NCBI RefSeq assembly: GCF_001194135.2
Contig: NC_068981.1
Span: forward strand, 14,007,968-14,071,967
From: Octopus bimaculoides
Taxonomy: Eukaryota
Direction of reading: 5' to 3'
DNA: 64,000 bases
Notes under the pieces: model-generated
Told to the model about the DNA's origin: nothing
What the model saw: the letters and a program-made list of their open reading frames with translations, nothing else
The model's database searches: none
Part shown: positions 39,643 to 52,977 of the stretch, in pieces
Layout: every line of letters starts with the position of its first letter
How positions within the stretch are numbered: the stretch's first letter is position 1
Position numbers and translations under genes: made by a program

Positions 39643-42009
39643 AGTTTATATGTACGTATGTATATTACGAGCGGTGCGCATAAACTCTAGTAACAGAGTG
39701 TATACTGTCACTGAAGCGACTTGATATAACAATTAATTTCTGCTGAAAATAAACATTTACGTAAACTCTGATAAGGAACACGTGCAATACTTCTAACCAA
39801 AGTACACTCTCTCAAAAGAAATACATAAGGTGATAGAAATGGAATTCAACAAAAAGTGTAACAATTTTTTAGAATTTTTCAAATTGTGTAGTTAAGAGGA
39901 CTCACGATTTGAAACTACGCCCTTAAAGAGAAACAGTGCTTGATGAAAATACACCTAACATATACTGTTTAATTCGTGTCATTTACAAAACCCAGTAAAC
40001 AATTTCAATAGGAAAAAATAAAAGTCACGAAAACCGTTCACTCACTTCTCACATGTTTTCATGCATGCTTCCCAATCATGGTTGTGTAAGTTTATCTATT
40101 AGATTTATATTGGTTGCGTGACTCAAAGTTTTCATTGTACCATTTTAACCGAGATAAATAGATAAAAATATATTGTAAAAGAAATACCAGACACATGAAA
40201 ACGGAAAACAAACCTATGGAATTCTAGAATGGTCTGAAACACATTTCTGAAAAATATTTCTGCCTTACTACACATCAAACCAATATTTCGTTCCTCTCGC
40301 TAAGCATTCCAGTAGGAAAGGGACTTGCTGAAGGGAAAACAAAAATATTTAACGCAGCAGGGTGTATAGAATGGAAGAGATATCGGAAACAAATTTACTT
40401 TGTAAAAATGAAATAGTTTTTTTTTTAACATCCCACGAGTATTCTGCACGTTTAGTTTGTAAATTTCTTCCTTCATTCAGTCATTCTATACGTTTTCTAT
40501 ACGTATTTATATTAGGGAAAATGTTTACTAAACCACATTTAAAAATACACGTACGACATTTTAGTTATCTAGCATCAATGCGCATGCACGAACGTGAGTG
40601 CTTATGCGTGTCTATTAAAAATAATAAGATGTATAAGGGATCAACTGATTGATTCTTCTGAAACATATTTAAGATTTCCAGTTCAAATACTTTGTATTAT
40701 ACCGTCATTCATGTTAGGAACATACATAACTACGTGACTTTGTGATTAATTAAATAAGTGATGTTTTATTGGTTCTCTTCATAATGACTGGTGTAATGAA
40801 AAAGCCAAACTTCTGAAACACACATTTCATCATTTCTTGATGAAGCTGTTTTCATTCAGCATTGATTCCGAAGCCCACAGGAATTGCCAATCTGTCAATC
40901 TCTAACATAAACAGATTCTGTGCCCAAACAAAGTAAAAGATCCGTACTACATAATTGCGTTTGGTGAACCATGGTAAATAGAAATAACAACATTTTAGCA
41001 CAGATCATGACTGAGTTGCAATTCTTATTTAAATCACTACGATATTTTAATTTAGAAATGGGTTGACCCTTGCGTACACATTTGTATCAATGAAATATAA
41101 ACGTATTATTTAATTGTATTCAGCTATGATTTATTGATAGTTTGACGACACAGCTAGAGATTGTTCTTTATGACTTCAAGTGAACGAACAACAGTAATAG
41201 CGAACTGACAAATCATCTAATGATATTTGTATATATTTCATTTTGGTATTTCAGATCTTCCTGCGAAATATTTATTGATGTGTTTTCGGAACACTCTTTC
41301 TGAGTAAGGTATATTCAAGGTTTTTCTGCTTCTAGTTTGGAAATAGTCATACTTTTCCGTTGGAGCGTTTTGAAATCGAGCTATTCGGGAAGGAATAAAC
41401 ATTTGCAAATAAACATCATTAGTATACTCATTAATTCATAGATGTACAGTTGGACCTTACAGAATCCACAAATGAGAATCATCTAGGGTCTTCCAATACA
41501 GATATATTCATAATCTCCTTCATGGAAGGTTTGGGCGAAATAGCTACCATAAATGAAAAGGAAAATGCTACATGAAACCATGATTAACTCAACATGGTGT
41601 TCACAATATAGAGGTTTTCAATCTAAAGCTAATTGTACGTCAGGACAGTAGCGTCAAATGAGATGAGATGAAAAGAAACTTAGTTCAAATATACAATAAG
41701 CACTATATCATATATATATATATCAACTCAGTAGTTAAAAAATAAACATCAGATTGGGCAAACACCATTATATCATCCCCGTATATTGACATCGTTGAAC
41801 ATAAATAAATACACATTAAAATACCAGGGCGTTCAACACACGAAACCTGAAGGTATAAGAATATACACATATTAAGGCGTGTGAAAAACCGGTAAAGAAT
41901 GATGCGTATGAAAGCGTATGAAGAAAAATATGAATGTATATATAGTAAGGTGACTAAAACTTAAAAAATATGAGATAGTTAAACTATTAAAGGGATTTGA
42001 ATAATTCAC

Positions 42010-42287
42010 ATTTGGAAACATGGCTGTTTTGTTCAAAATCTTTAAACAAACCTTATTCAGGGACCTTTTGAGCGGAATGGGCTACTCGGCCTGAAGAAAA
42101 TTCTAACTAGGCCCCACCTGCGAGGTCATGCGCTGTTTATCTTGATATGTGATCACCATGTCGCGCACATATGGTTGTCATGCATGTGCCGGTGTACCCT
42201 TATCAGACGAGTAGTCATGATGGGTATATTGGGCTTCGTATATTTTACCCTAGTTTCACTTTGATGGCATGCACTGCGCTCTCACAC

Positions 42288-42322
<35 letters not shown>

Positions 42323-42340
42323 TGATAATTAATATTATTA
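42010..42340 (+). mobile_element. Non-LTR retroposon 3' end with (AAT)n tail
   Basis: GC-richer ~280-bp block ending in an (AAT/GAT)n tail. It resembles a repeat I recall as common in Octopus; family not assigned. Confidence 0.5.
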
Positions 42341-45300
42341 TTAGTTTATTTGTCGGAGTTCTTTAGTTACATATTCTATGATTTCTTCGACGACTTTCTC
42401 TCTCTCTCGTGTCTTTTCACTGGTTTTGTCTTGTCTATTGTATTTTATCTGTCTGTGATACGTATCCCTATCTACGCCTGTATCTATGTGTTTGTGTGTT
42501 TGCCTATGTGTTTAGTATGTGTATGTGAGTCTTGTGTGTGTATATATGGGTTTGTATCTTACACTGTTTGCACCCATATCTTATATTCATTTATGCTTTT
42601 TTTTTCTCATTCTTTCTTTAGTAGTAAGATTGCGGATGTTTGGGAAGGCAGTCAAGTGGAGGAGATTAATCTATTCATGTTTTCTTTTGTGGCTCGATAT
42701 ATTTCCTATTATGTTTGTGGCTTTCGTAATTTGTTTGTGTTGTGTCTGTTTTATTCGTCAGGAATTTCCTAACGTCTATGTTATCAACCGAGCCTCAATG
42801 TTGTGATAGAGTATAATGGTTGAGCACTGATGTGTTTACTCCCCCCACCCTTGAGTTCCCACCAGTGTACATTTATCCTCTCACCTGTGCTAAGCGCTGT
42901 CTTCCCAATGCACGTCGTTGTTCTGTTTCTCCACCGTCTTTTACACCTTATACAATAGACTACTGAGTAGCAATCATCTTAGTTTGTACATTGTTTTTGT
43001 TTTCTTATTTATGCTTCTGTTTCGCGTTCTGATTTACTTTATCTCCCCTTAGATCTATCCTTATTCGACGCACCTTCTGTTACAGAAAATATTCAATAAT
43101 GTTTTGTTGAACTGTGTAATAGTTATTAGGTAGACACTACATTTCCAGTCTGTTTTAGTTAGAAACAAGCACTGAATCAATACTAGAGGCCAGAAGTAGG
43201 AAGAGCATGGCAGCTAAAGTGTAATTTTGAAATTGGTCATTCCGATATTAATAAGAAGCGGAACATGTCCACTTCCTTTAATTTTTCATATGGTGAAGAA
43301 ACTATAAAATGTGTTGAAGACTCAATTTAATATTTTTTCTTTTATTTTTCGATTCCAAATTTGCATAACACTCTTCCGTTACATTATCCTTTAGTCTTAT
43401 TTAAATGCAATCATATAATGCTGCTAAATTCGTTTCTCATTTTTTTACGACCTAACATAAAATTTATTAAAAAGAAAGGTCACCCTACTTGTCCTTGATC
43501 AGGGCAAATGATATGATGAAAGAATAATGTGAAAGTTTGTCATTAAATTTTATAATTTCATTAAAGTATTTATATTTTTGTTGGAGAGTAACATCGTGAA
43601 AATTATGTGATATTCAGCAGCATATTTTTTCTCTGGTTTGGTTTTGCTTTTTATAATTTTCTTTTTTAGTCTTCATTTTGTAAATTTATTATGTGCATAA
43701 TTTTATTATTCTCCCCGTGAGGCCATTTTTGAGAATTTACAACCTACAACTAAACGCCATTGCTTTATAACAAAATTCCTTTTAATTTCAGCATTTTCAA
43801 TGTGAGTGACGGTGATATTAACAGCTAGCGCTTTTGATTTAATTTCTTTTTTATTTTAAAATCAATTAAAACACACCATTAAGATTTGTTTTGTTTCTTC
43901 ATCCTTTATAAACAGTCTCGAAATGAGGGTGGTTTTAAGGTTATGATTACTAAAATCATAAAGAGAAGAACCAACTTCTGCAAGAGGAAACTAATGAGCA
44001 GCTATTATTTGAAGTCTATTTGTCAAGTTCGTTTTGTTTTATTTGGCAAAAAAGACAAAAAAAAGCATTAATGACAAACAGAGGACATCATTACGTAGCT
44101 GACTTTGCAAATCAGTACTAAAATCCACCGACAAATCACCAAAGTACTATTCTCAGTAGTTTCCCTAGATATAATGAACACAAGGAAATATTATTGATTT
44201 AATTGTTAGTAATATGAAGCAGCATAATCAGCTTGCTCTCTAAGGTCCTGTATTCAACTGACACGAGAAGTCTACACTTAGTCACATGAAATAAATCATT
44301 CGTTAATGTCATACCATTCAAAAAATGAACACTTGCCCCCAAACAAATAATGAAAATCAGAAAGGGTGTTATTCACCCAGACGTGATACTATTAGTACAC
44401 GATTTATGGGGTAGGCAAGACCTACATATTTAACTCACCTTTCTTCTCAACTGCAACTTCACAGACTTTAATGTATAGCCTGTTCTAGAGCTTATAACAA
44501 TCACAGACCAAAACAGAAACCCAAAAAGAAAGTGTAAACAAGTGTACACATATAGCCTCAAGCTAACACTATATTCTACAAACTATTGTGTATAATGTGC
44601 AATTTCATACTAAACTCCATTTCAAAGAACTGCCAGAATTGTCTCGTTTATATTCCAATAAGATAATTTCACATTGTGGTTGAAATAATGAAATAAATCA
44701 GTAAACTTAATTTTCTTTAGCGCATATGGCTTTCTACTTGCTTCAAAATCGTCTGAGTACCGACACTTCTACTATGTTAATTACATCAAATATATTAATA
44801 CTAACTTTCACATTTGATACTGTCTGATTTGTTATCTTTTGGATGATGTTGCCAAATAGATTGTTGTTTATGCCAATTAGACTCAGCAGAGAGATTTTTG
44901 TTTCTGGTAATTAGAGAGATTCATCTGACAGCTCCATAACAAACGTGTTTTGGGCTGTCAATGCTTTTCTAAAGGTTAGTGACTGACTAATACCAATTTG
45001 ATAGTCATAAAACATGTCAACAGGCGGTCTATTCATACATCTAGTCATTTCTCCTGTTGAAATCTGAAAATTTCATATTTTATGTCAAATACAAAATAAC
45101 TTTTTTTCTGATTGGAGTATTACGCAAAATCGTGTCTGCTTTTTTCAACGTTATTAACTTTGAAAACATAAAATAGTATTAAACATCCTGAAGCATTTCT
45201 CTGAAATAACATTAGCTTGGTTTACAAACCGATCGGTGAAATTCCAGATTAATACATAGTTTTTCCATATTTCTACAGAAGTCACTCGCTTCAGTAAGCT

Positions 45301-45412
45301 CATATACAATATTTCTGAAGCCTTTATCAACTAATGCGTAAATCACTTAATATTTACCAGGAAGCAATCACTCATCTCGATTCTGTACAGATCTTGATAG
45401 GTATGCTAAATA

Positions 45413-45715
45413 TTGGGTCATCGTATAAATAATGCCGAATTTCTAAAGCTTCTTTTATTTTTCAAAATTAAACTCAACAAAGGTCTTTTTTTTTTATCTA
45501 AAGTATACTCGCCTGGTAGACTTGCAAGGTGCCGCTTCCAAAATTCACCTGTCCGTGGCAAAAAATATTCCTTTAGTACCGTCCTGATCTCGTCTACAGA
45601 ATTCATATTTTTTTCGTCGAAATGATTTTGAAGACTTCGGATTAAACGATAATCAGATGGAATGATGTCCGGCGAATATGTTGGGTGGGGCATCCTCGCT
45701 GTGTGTGGCCTAGCA
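45413..45715 (-). mobile_element. Mariner 3' fragment
   Basis: Minus-strand NARPHTAR/MPHPTYSPDIIPSDYRLIRSLQNHF motif (YSPD-x-x-PSD). Ends at a TIR-like ttgggtcatcg preceded by TA. Confidence 0.85.
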
Positions 45716-45863
45716 TTACATATATATATATATATATATATATTACAATTAAAAGGGTAAAGGATTATCAATTTATAAATTAATAATTAATAATTTTTAC
45801 CAAGCCCTTCGGTATGTAAGCACCATTATCGGTGAGGAACTTATTAAAAAGTTCTTATACATT

Positions 45864-46501
45864 TATAAACAAAATTAAGGGATCAGCAACACGTTGCTTC
45901 ACCACATACCGAAGTTCAGAAATAGCAGCTAAATTGCCGAGACTCCAACAGATGGCAACTACCTGCAACTCACATAGGCAAAACAAGAAGAAAAATAACG
46001 AACTAAACTAGCCATAGTTAATCATAGACATGTTTCTGGTTTAGAAGGAAAAACTCTTCATTACCTCATCAGTATGATATTCCAGTTGCAAATTCGACGA
46101 TACTGGCAAATGTGCATGCATGACCGAGCGCCATCATAGCAATAGAAAAAGTTTGAAAGTATCTCCAAATCCACACAGGCGAGCCAGCCCATCATCTTCC
46201 CTCAAGAATTACTATGTGCGACGCAGGCGGTACCGCAGAAAATCTGTGGTTTACTATCCGGGGGTATTCGAATTTGCAACTGGAATATCATACCGATGAG
46301 GTAATGAAGAGTTTTTCCTTCTAAACCAGAAACATGTCTATGATTAACTATGGCTAGTTTAGTTCGTTATTTTTCTTCTTGTTTTACCTATGTGAGTTGC
46401 AGGTAATTGCCATCTGTTGGAGTCTCAGTAATTTAGCTGCTATTTCTGAACTTCAGTATGTGGTGAAGCAACCTGTTGCTGATCCCTTAATTTTGTTTAT
46501 A
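45864..46501. repeat. Long inverted repeat (PLE inverted-terminus type) with a hammerhead motif in each arm
   Basis: 234-bp arms at 45864-46097 and 46268-46501 with 7 substitutions; 170-nt spacer. Confidence 0.95.
46021..46078 (-). ncRNA. Minimal type-I hammerhead ribozyme motif, intact core
   Basis: AUCAUA-CUGAUGA-GGU[22 nt]ACC-A-GAA-ACAUGU-C|UAUGAU. Helix I is 6 bp, helix III is the palindrome ACAUGU, the triplet is GUC, and predicted cleavage is at 46027/46026. The mirror copy at 46287-46344 (+) has CCGAUGA (U4C). Confidence 0.75.
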
Positions 46502-46619
46502 TATATATATATATGAAATGAGATAAAAATCCAAGGCTGTGAAATATTTCAGAACATTTATAAATAGGTCTTACAGCTGTTTCCGGGATATTTTACATAT
46601 CCCTTAATCGGAGGCGGTG

Positions 46620-47002
46620 TGAGAAAATGGTTAAGCAATAGTTATTCTAGATAAGATATGAAATAGAGAGTGAAGTGGAGGAATGAAACTAGACGTGAGA
46701 TATGCAGGGATATTGCATCTGTAGTTCTAATATTTAGGCAGAATGGTATACATAAAATATTTCACTTTGAATAAAACCCTTGATTCAATAACACCGTGTA
46801 CAAACTCTATGCTTGGAATGACCAATTTTAAATACTATTGGAAATTACTCACCAAGTACTGGAATCTTATATGTATACCATTCTGTCTAAATATTAGAAC
46901 TACAATGCAATATCCCTGCATATCTCACGTCTATTTTCATTCCTCCACTTCACTCTTTATTTCATATCTTATCTAGAATAACTATTGCATAACCATTTTC
47001 TC

Positions 47003-47003
<1 letters not shown>
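46620..47003. repeat. Inverted repeat whose left arm continues into a hammerhead remnant
   Basis: Arms 46620-46754 and 46870-47003 with 4 substitutions and 1 indel. A degenerate HHR lies on the minus strand at 46568-46615, just outside the left arm. Confidence 0.9.
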
Positions 47004-47036
<33 letters not shown>

Positions 47037-47322
47037 TTGTGTGTTTGCATTTGTGCCCCCAACATCGCTGGACAACCGATGCTGGTGTGTTTACGTCCTC
47101 GTAACTTAGCGGTTCGGCAAAAGAGACCGATGGAATAAGTACTAGGCTTACAAATAATAAGTCCTTGGGTCGATTTGCTCGACTGAAGGAGGTGCTCCAG
47201 CATGGCCGCAGTCAAATGAATGAAACAAGTAAAAGAATAAAAGAGTAAAAAATATACAAGCATCTGTACCGTAAATATACTTTCAGCACTGGCAACGATA
47301 CATATTTCTCTCTCTGTCTCTC

Positions 47323-47425
<103 letters not shown>

Positions 47426-47632
47426 GTATGTATAGATGTGCTTGAGAGTGTGCATCAATGTGTGTTTGTGCAAATAACGGTCTTACTTCATAGAACTTTT
47501 TAAGAAGAACCCAGAGTAGAGTCAAATATATTGTGACTATTAAATTGACTGGTTTCCAACACACACGCGCGCGCGCGCCGGTCCCTCTGTCTATCTATCT
47601 AGCTAGCTATATCTACACACTCGCTCACTTGC

Positions 47633-47789
47633 CCACATACAGTGTCGAGATAGAGAGATAGCAAAAAAGAAGAAACAGGAAAATTTCCTGCGTTAAATGA
47701 TGTTGACAGCTCCAACGTAGTGTGGCCCACATGATGCAGTAAACCTTTTCATAAACTGACACATTTCCAGCAGCGTGAATTTCCTCCAT
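47633..47789 (-). CDS. Putative first coding exon (signal peptide) of the same glutamate receptor
   Basis: ATG at 47789 in gccaagATGG context, with a second in-frame ATG at 47732. Reads MEEIHAAGNVSVYEKVYCI-MWATLRWSCQHHLTQEIFLFLLFCYLSIS-TLYV(G): hydrophobic core, S-x-S cleavage motif, and LYVG matching the I-x-I-G start of iGluR ATDs. Ends in phase 1 at G|gcaagt (GC donor). The 54-aa ORF is below the ORF-track cutoff. Linkage to the 19.8-kb exon is inferred. Confidence 0.55.
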
Positions 47790-47912
47790 CTTGGCGCAAA
47801 ACTTTTCAGAATATAAATTTATGAGACCATATATTTTTAAGCTAAATTTAGCCCTGCTATGGAGGAAGTGTGTGTTGCTGGAAATTTGTCAATTAATGAA
47901 AATGTTTTCTGC
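47736..47912. promoter_or_regulatory. 54-bp ungapped inverted repeat spanning the putative start codon region
   Basis: 47736-47789 pairs with 47859-47912: 43 Watson-Crick pairs, 5 G.U (plus-strand reading) and 6 mismatches. A regulatory role is not shown. Confidence 0.6.
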
Positions 47913-48278
47913 TGCTGACAGGTCACATGACACTGGAATTGTCAACATTATTAGACACAGGAGAACTGAGGATTTTTCACGGCTAATACACACACGCATA
48001 CATACACGCACACCACAGGCTACAAGCTGTTTAAGTCGATAACGTGTCAGATAGAATGGTTTTTGCAGTATGTGTTCCGGCTGCTTAAGCACCGAGTGTA
48101 AACTGCGCCGAGACAGCTTTCCCTTCCAGAATGTAACTGACGTGGAGAGGGAAGTCGTGCACGCATGGGTGATATGTGGTTTTCCACACGCACCAGAAAT
48201 AAATGGAGATTTTTTTCTCTGGCAATACTCATTGAATAACAGACGAAATCCATTAACAAACAGAAATACGTACATTAG

Positions 48279-48352
<74 letters not shown>

Positions 48353-51300
48353 TGTATGTGTGTATGTGTGTGTGCGTGTGTGTGTGAGTGTGTGTGTGTG
48401 CTTGTACGTTAATGTGTAAGTGAATCAGAGACTTACTCTACCTGGCGACTTAACTAAATTCGTTAGTCAAATTATAAATATGTCATTCTAAAGTAATATA
48501 GTAAATTTTACTCTATATTCACTATTGAGTTTCTCTATCAAAAATCGTTCTTCGTTTGCATTGGTATAATAAGCTTAAATTAACATTTATATTAATACGT
48601 TCACGCATTTGTGTGAGGAGTGACGTTCTTGCACTCCTTTGTTTTGATAGTTCGGGTGAGGGTTACGTGAAATGGCACATATATCCTTGTGTTAAAGTTT
48701 TCAAAATAGTAAGAAGTATTCCGGAATTAAGTATATATTGACAATACGAACTTATATAATAAGTAGTTATCATTAAGTTTATATATTCAATTAGCAATAT
48801 TGTCTGAAATTTGAAATGTGTTGGATAGCATCTTCTATGATACGTGAATGGTATAAGTTTTAAGTTGTCTTTAGTAAATTGGCTATGTAAGATTTCTTTT
48901 AACTTTTCGACCTCAAATATCCATCGGAAGCATTATGAGTAATAATGTTCTATTACTAAATACATTAACTGTATACTTTCATCAAAATAGATTAAATTGA
49001 AATTCTTTAGACTACTTCTTGCTTTAAATTTGGAACGTGACTCGCTGTACATTTTTATAAGATGGTTCCGTGTTTATATAAACAGAAATCGATTATGTTC
49101 AGCAAGTCAGCAGATTAAAAAAATTACTTTTCCAAATTAGTATAGATTATATTTAGCATCGCACGAATATCAAACTATCTGACAACCGCCGTCGGGAGCC
49201 AGCATGCAGCCATTCTTCTAATTAGAAATAATGCACAATTCTTCCGCAAATGACAACTTATCATCTAAGGGAAAAGAAAACTGATATTGTTAGCAAAATA
49301 AAATATTAGTAGGGCATTAAAGAAAATTTCTTCGTATTCTTATTACAAGTAACTCCTATGGCGATAACGTTGCCGATCGCTGGATCGACAAAATCTGCTG
49401 TTGTTTCGAAAGCTATGCCACAGCATAATCACAGTTCGAAACTGAAACTTGCGAAAAAATTGAAAATATATATACTAGATATATTATGATAGAGAGACCA
49501 GACTGGATGACCACAACAGTAAAAGCTTTGGTCATAGCTGTGTTTGAGTTAAATGCCATTAAAACTGTATTGTCACCGTGATTTCTTGCTATTTACATGT
49601 TATTATATTATCTTCAGGCTTCGTAAAGCCTTATAACCATGTTATTACTGTATGCAGTGAGCTACATCTGAAGAACGTTCATTGAAATGATGTAGCCACT
49701 TCGCATCAGTTATTTGCTAATTGACAATAGCCGACACTGCATCACAAGGATTTGATTTCTTCTTAGACCTCACCAGTACTCTAGTACTGAAAAGGGAATA
49801 CAATCATGAAGGCTACTATGTATGAACCACTCACACTTGCATAGTTTTGAAGCATCTGGAACAGTGCAGGCGTCACACTTTATGGATGCTCATATGTTTG
49901 ATGAAATTTAAGATGAACGTACAAGTTATTTGATATATTATGGGAGAAGAGTCTAGTTTCAGTTATTAAATAAAAAAGAACAAATAGTAAGAACAAGAGC
50001 CGTTTGGAGTGTAATGAAAGACACTTGAATATTCACTATTAGTTGGAAATTTTATGTCAACAAGCTAGTATATATGGCATTGATTTAATTACAACATGCA
50101 AATTGAAATAAATGTCTTGTAATACTGTCATAAAGTATACAAGGTTCAGTATTGAATTACAAATATACATTTCAGTCACATAGATAGGGAAAGACAAACA
50201 AAAACAGTATTAATCGTAATGAAAACTGGCAAAAGTACTTCAGTTAATAATTCAATGCAAATGAAGAGTATTTGTCTAAAAAAAGTGATAGTTCTGGATG
50301 GATTCCTTTAAAAAGGTCTATGTATCAGAGAGTAGGCTTTAAATATGTCTGGTAGCAACTAGTGGATGACGAGCTAACTAGGAAGCCTGTGTGTGGTCGT
50401 GCAGCGTTTTAGAATTAACACGTATTATATAATGTAGTCTTAGATATTATGTATCTGAAATGTAAGCCAGCTGGACGCGGATGGCTTGCTTATATCATTT
50501 GCCTATTCAGTCATGACGAAGAGACACTAAAAATAACAAATACAAGTATTTAGTTGATTCATTGATACGTGTTACCATGACAACAGAAGGAACATAACAA
50601 AATAATGTTAGAGTAAAGCATTTTATTCCGAGTGAAAAAATAATGTTCTGGTTTGGTTAAAAGTAATACAAACAGATCAAATATTAGGATGTGTTTAACA
50701 ATGTAAATAAGAATAAAAGTCTAACGAGTGTTTCAGAAACTTGTCCTTCTCCGGAGAGAGAAAGAAATACCAACGTCTTAACAAAGTTGAGTATATGAGA
50801 AAATGGATTATATTATGGAATACACCTCCTCATGGTGTTTAACCTGAGCATCAGAAGATATAGAGAGACCATATTTTTAAGTTGCCATGAAATTTAAAAT
50901 AATTTATTGCAGTGAGGCTCTCAAAGAAAACAAAGTGTTACATTTTTGTTCGGAAAATGTACACCGGTTTATGTGGGAGACAAGTAGTCGTTTCATGTTC
51001 TGGCCAAAATACGGAACTGATGCCATATTTAGGAATAATATACGAGCAGTAACTATCCAGAAACGGCATGTGCATTATAATATGCTATATTCATTTCATA
51101 GATGACTAACACAATATTAAATAATTGATGTCAAATATCAATATAACTGCCATCGTTATAACTTACGAGCTTGTAATTTGCAGAATCGATATATGTCGTA
51201 AAAAATGCCTTGCAGTATTTCTGCCTACTCTCCACATTCTAAGTTTAAATCCGCCAATTTTAACTTTGTCATTCATCTTTTGAGATGGACAAAATAAATT

Positions 51301-52881
51301 ACCAGTTAAGCACAGGGGTATATTTAATGCCAAAAAACCTTCCTTCAAAGGTTGTAGATATTGTACGTAAATAAGGAATTAAAGGTAAAAAAAATCGGTG
51401 GTTTAGCAGAATCGCAAGGATATCAGTAAGATATATTTTGCATTCCTTGTTTCAGTTATTTACATTTTAAGTTCAATTCCCATAAAAGTGTTTGCCTGTG
51501 TAAACGCCTCGATCATATCCCAACTGATCTGCTATACATACATGTTCACGCGCGAGTGTGAGTGTGTGTATTATCTCGACCATAATTTAGAAGATTGGAC
51601 GGCTTAGATATAATTATTTATTAATTGTGTTTATTTATTGGTTTATGGTTTCTTGGAGTAAAATTAGTGGCAACATGGTGGAAAGCTTACGAAACCCGAA
51701 AAGACTACAAGGATTTGAGAATATGTGTTTCAGTTATAAATTCGAATATGTTCAGTGCAGAAAACAGAAATACTATGAGTATTTTACCCCGATTCCCAGG
51801 AAGCATAAAACTGGTTATCCAGGTTCAATGGTGTGGAAATGACCGAGATCACAAAGCTTCTTCTGAGAGGGAAGTCAGACCGCTGCAGCATTCAACGCCA
51901 GCAACTTTGAGGAGAGTGGCCGAGTCGATTGTATGGACTCCAAAATTTGATTGATATTTTTATTTTATCGGTCCTAACGGAAAGAACAGCAACATTAACC
52001 TGGGTTGCATTTGAACTCACCACTGAAAGACCTGGAAGAAATGTTAAGGATTCTTTACAAAATGCCAACGATTCTGTCCGCTCGCCACTTTGCAATAGAT
52101 TTTACACACAATTAAATGCCTTGACTGTTTAAACTCGAAGTAATAATAGATCCCCAGGTAAAACTTCAATGAGTTCTATTCACGATACATATGAATTAAA
52201 TTATGTAAAAGTCATATCTGGATTATCTATATAAAAGATATCTATCGGTAGAATGTCAATAAATGCGGTAATAACTGCAACAAGTTTCCCGCAGATCAAC
52301 CGACGCCATAAAGATTTCAGTAGATATAGAGGTATATAATAGTTTCAAACGTGTATTATATTTATTATACAATTGCTTACTATATCTTTGTATGCCTTCT
52401 CTAAGAATATTTTGTTTCTTGCATCAACATATTGATCATCTCTCTGCAAAATATCACTTGAATCAACGTATTGATCATCTCTCAGCGATCAACAAATAGA
52501 GACTTGTAATGGAATCTATTCTATAGAATAACGGTAACTGATAACAAGTGTGAACGATATGTCAGTGGTTGTCTTTTATAACAAATACACAAGTAGATGT
52601 CTCGATATATCTGATATAAAAGATATTTAAAGCACATTTAAACTTGGATGAAGACTTAATTCTTCGGCAGATTTAACTGCATACATCTTAGCTGTCAATA
52701 ACACAGTACTTTATTGTATGCATTTAGAACTAGTTTCTGAACTGAAGATAACTTTCTTTGACCAATCAGAGAAGTCATGAAAAAGGTCATTAGCATTGCT
52801 CCTCCTCCTTTAAAGCAATTAAAACAAACAGAAAAATAACAAAAACAAAAGTTCTTAGTTACTAGCAATGCAACCTTCTTG

Positions 52882-52918
<37 letters not shown>

Positions 52919-52977
52919 CAGGAATGGCAACAAAAGAAAGAAAGAGACCTCGATATTATGCAAATAGAGGAATTTAT

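Noticed and set aside
44416-44470. 46-nt minus-strand segment with good acceptor and AAG|gtgagt donor (NRLYIKVCEVAVEKKG)
   Set aside because: The phase does not fit the GC donor and there is no iGluR similarity. Splice-like signals are frequent by chance in 64 kb.
44690-44770. Minus-strand YSDDFEASRK resembling kainate-receptor DSFEASKK
   Set aside because: There is an in-frame stop a few codons upstream and no suitable donor, so it is likely chance.
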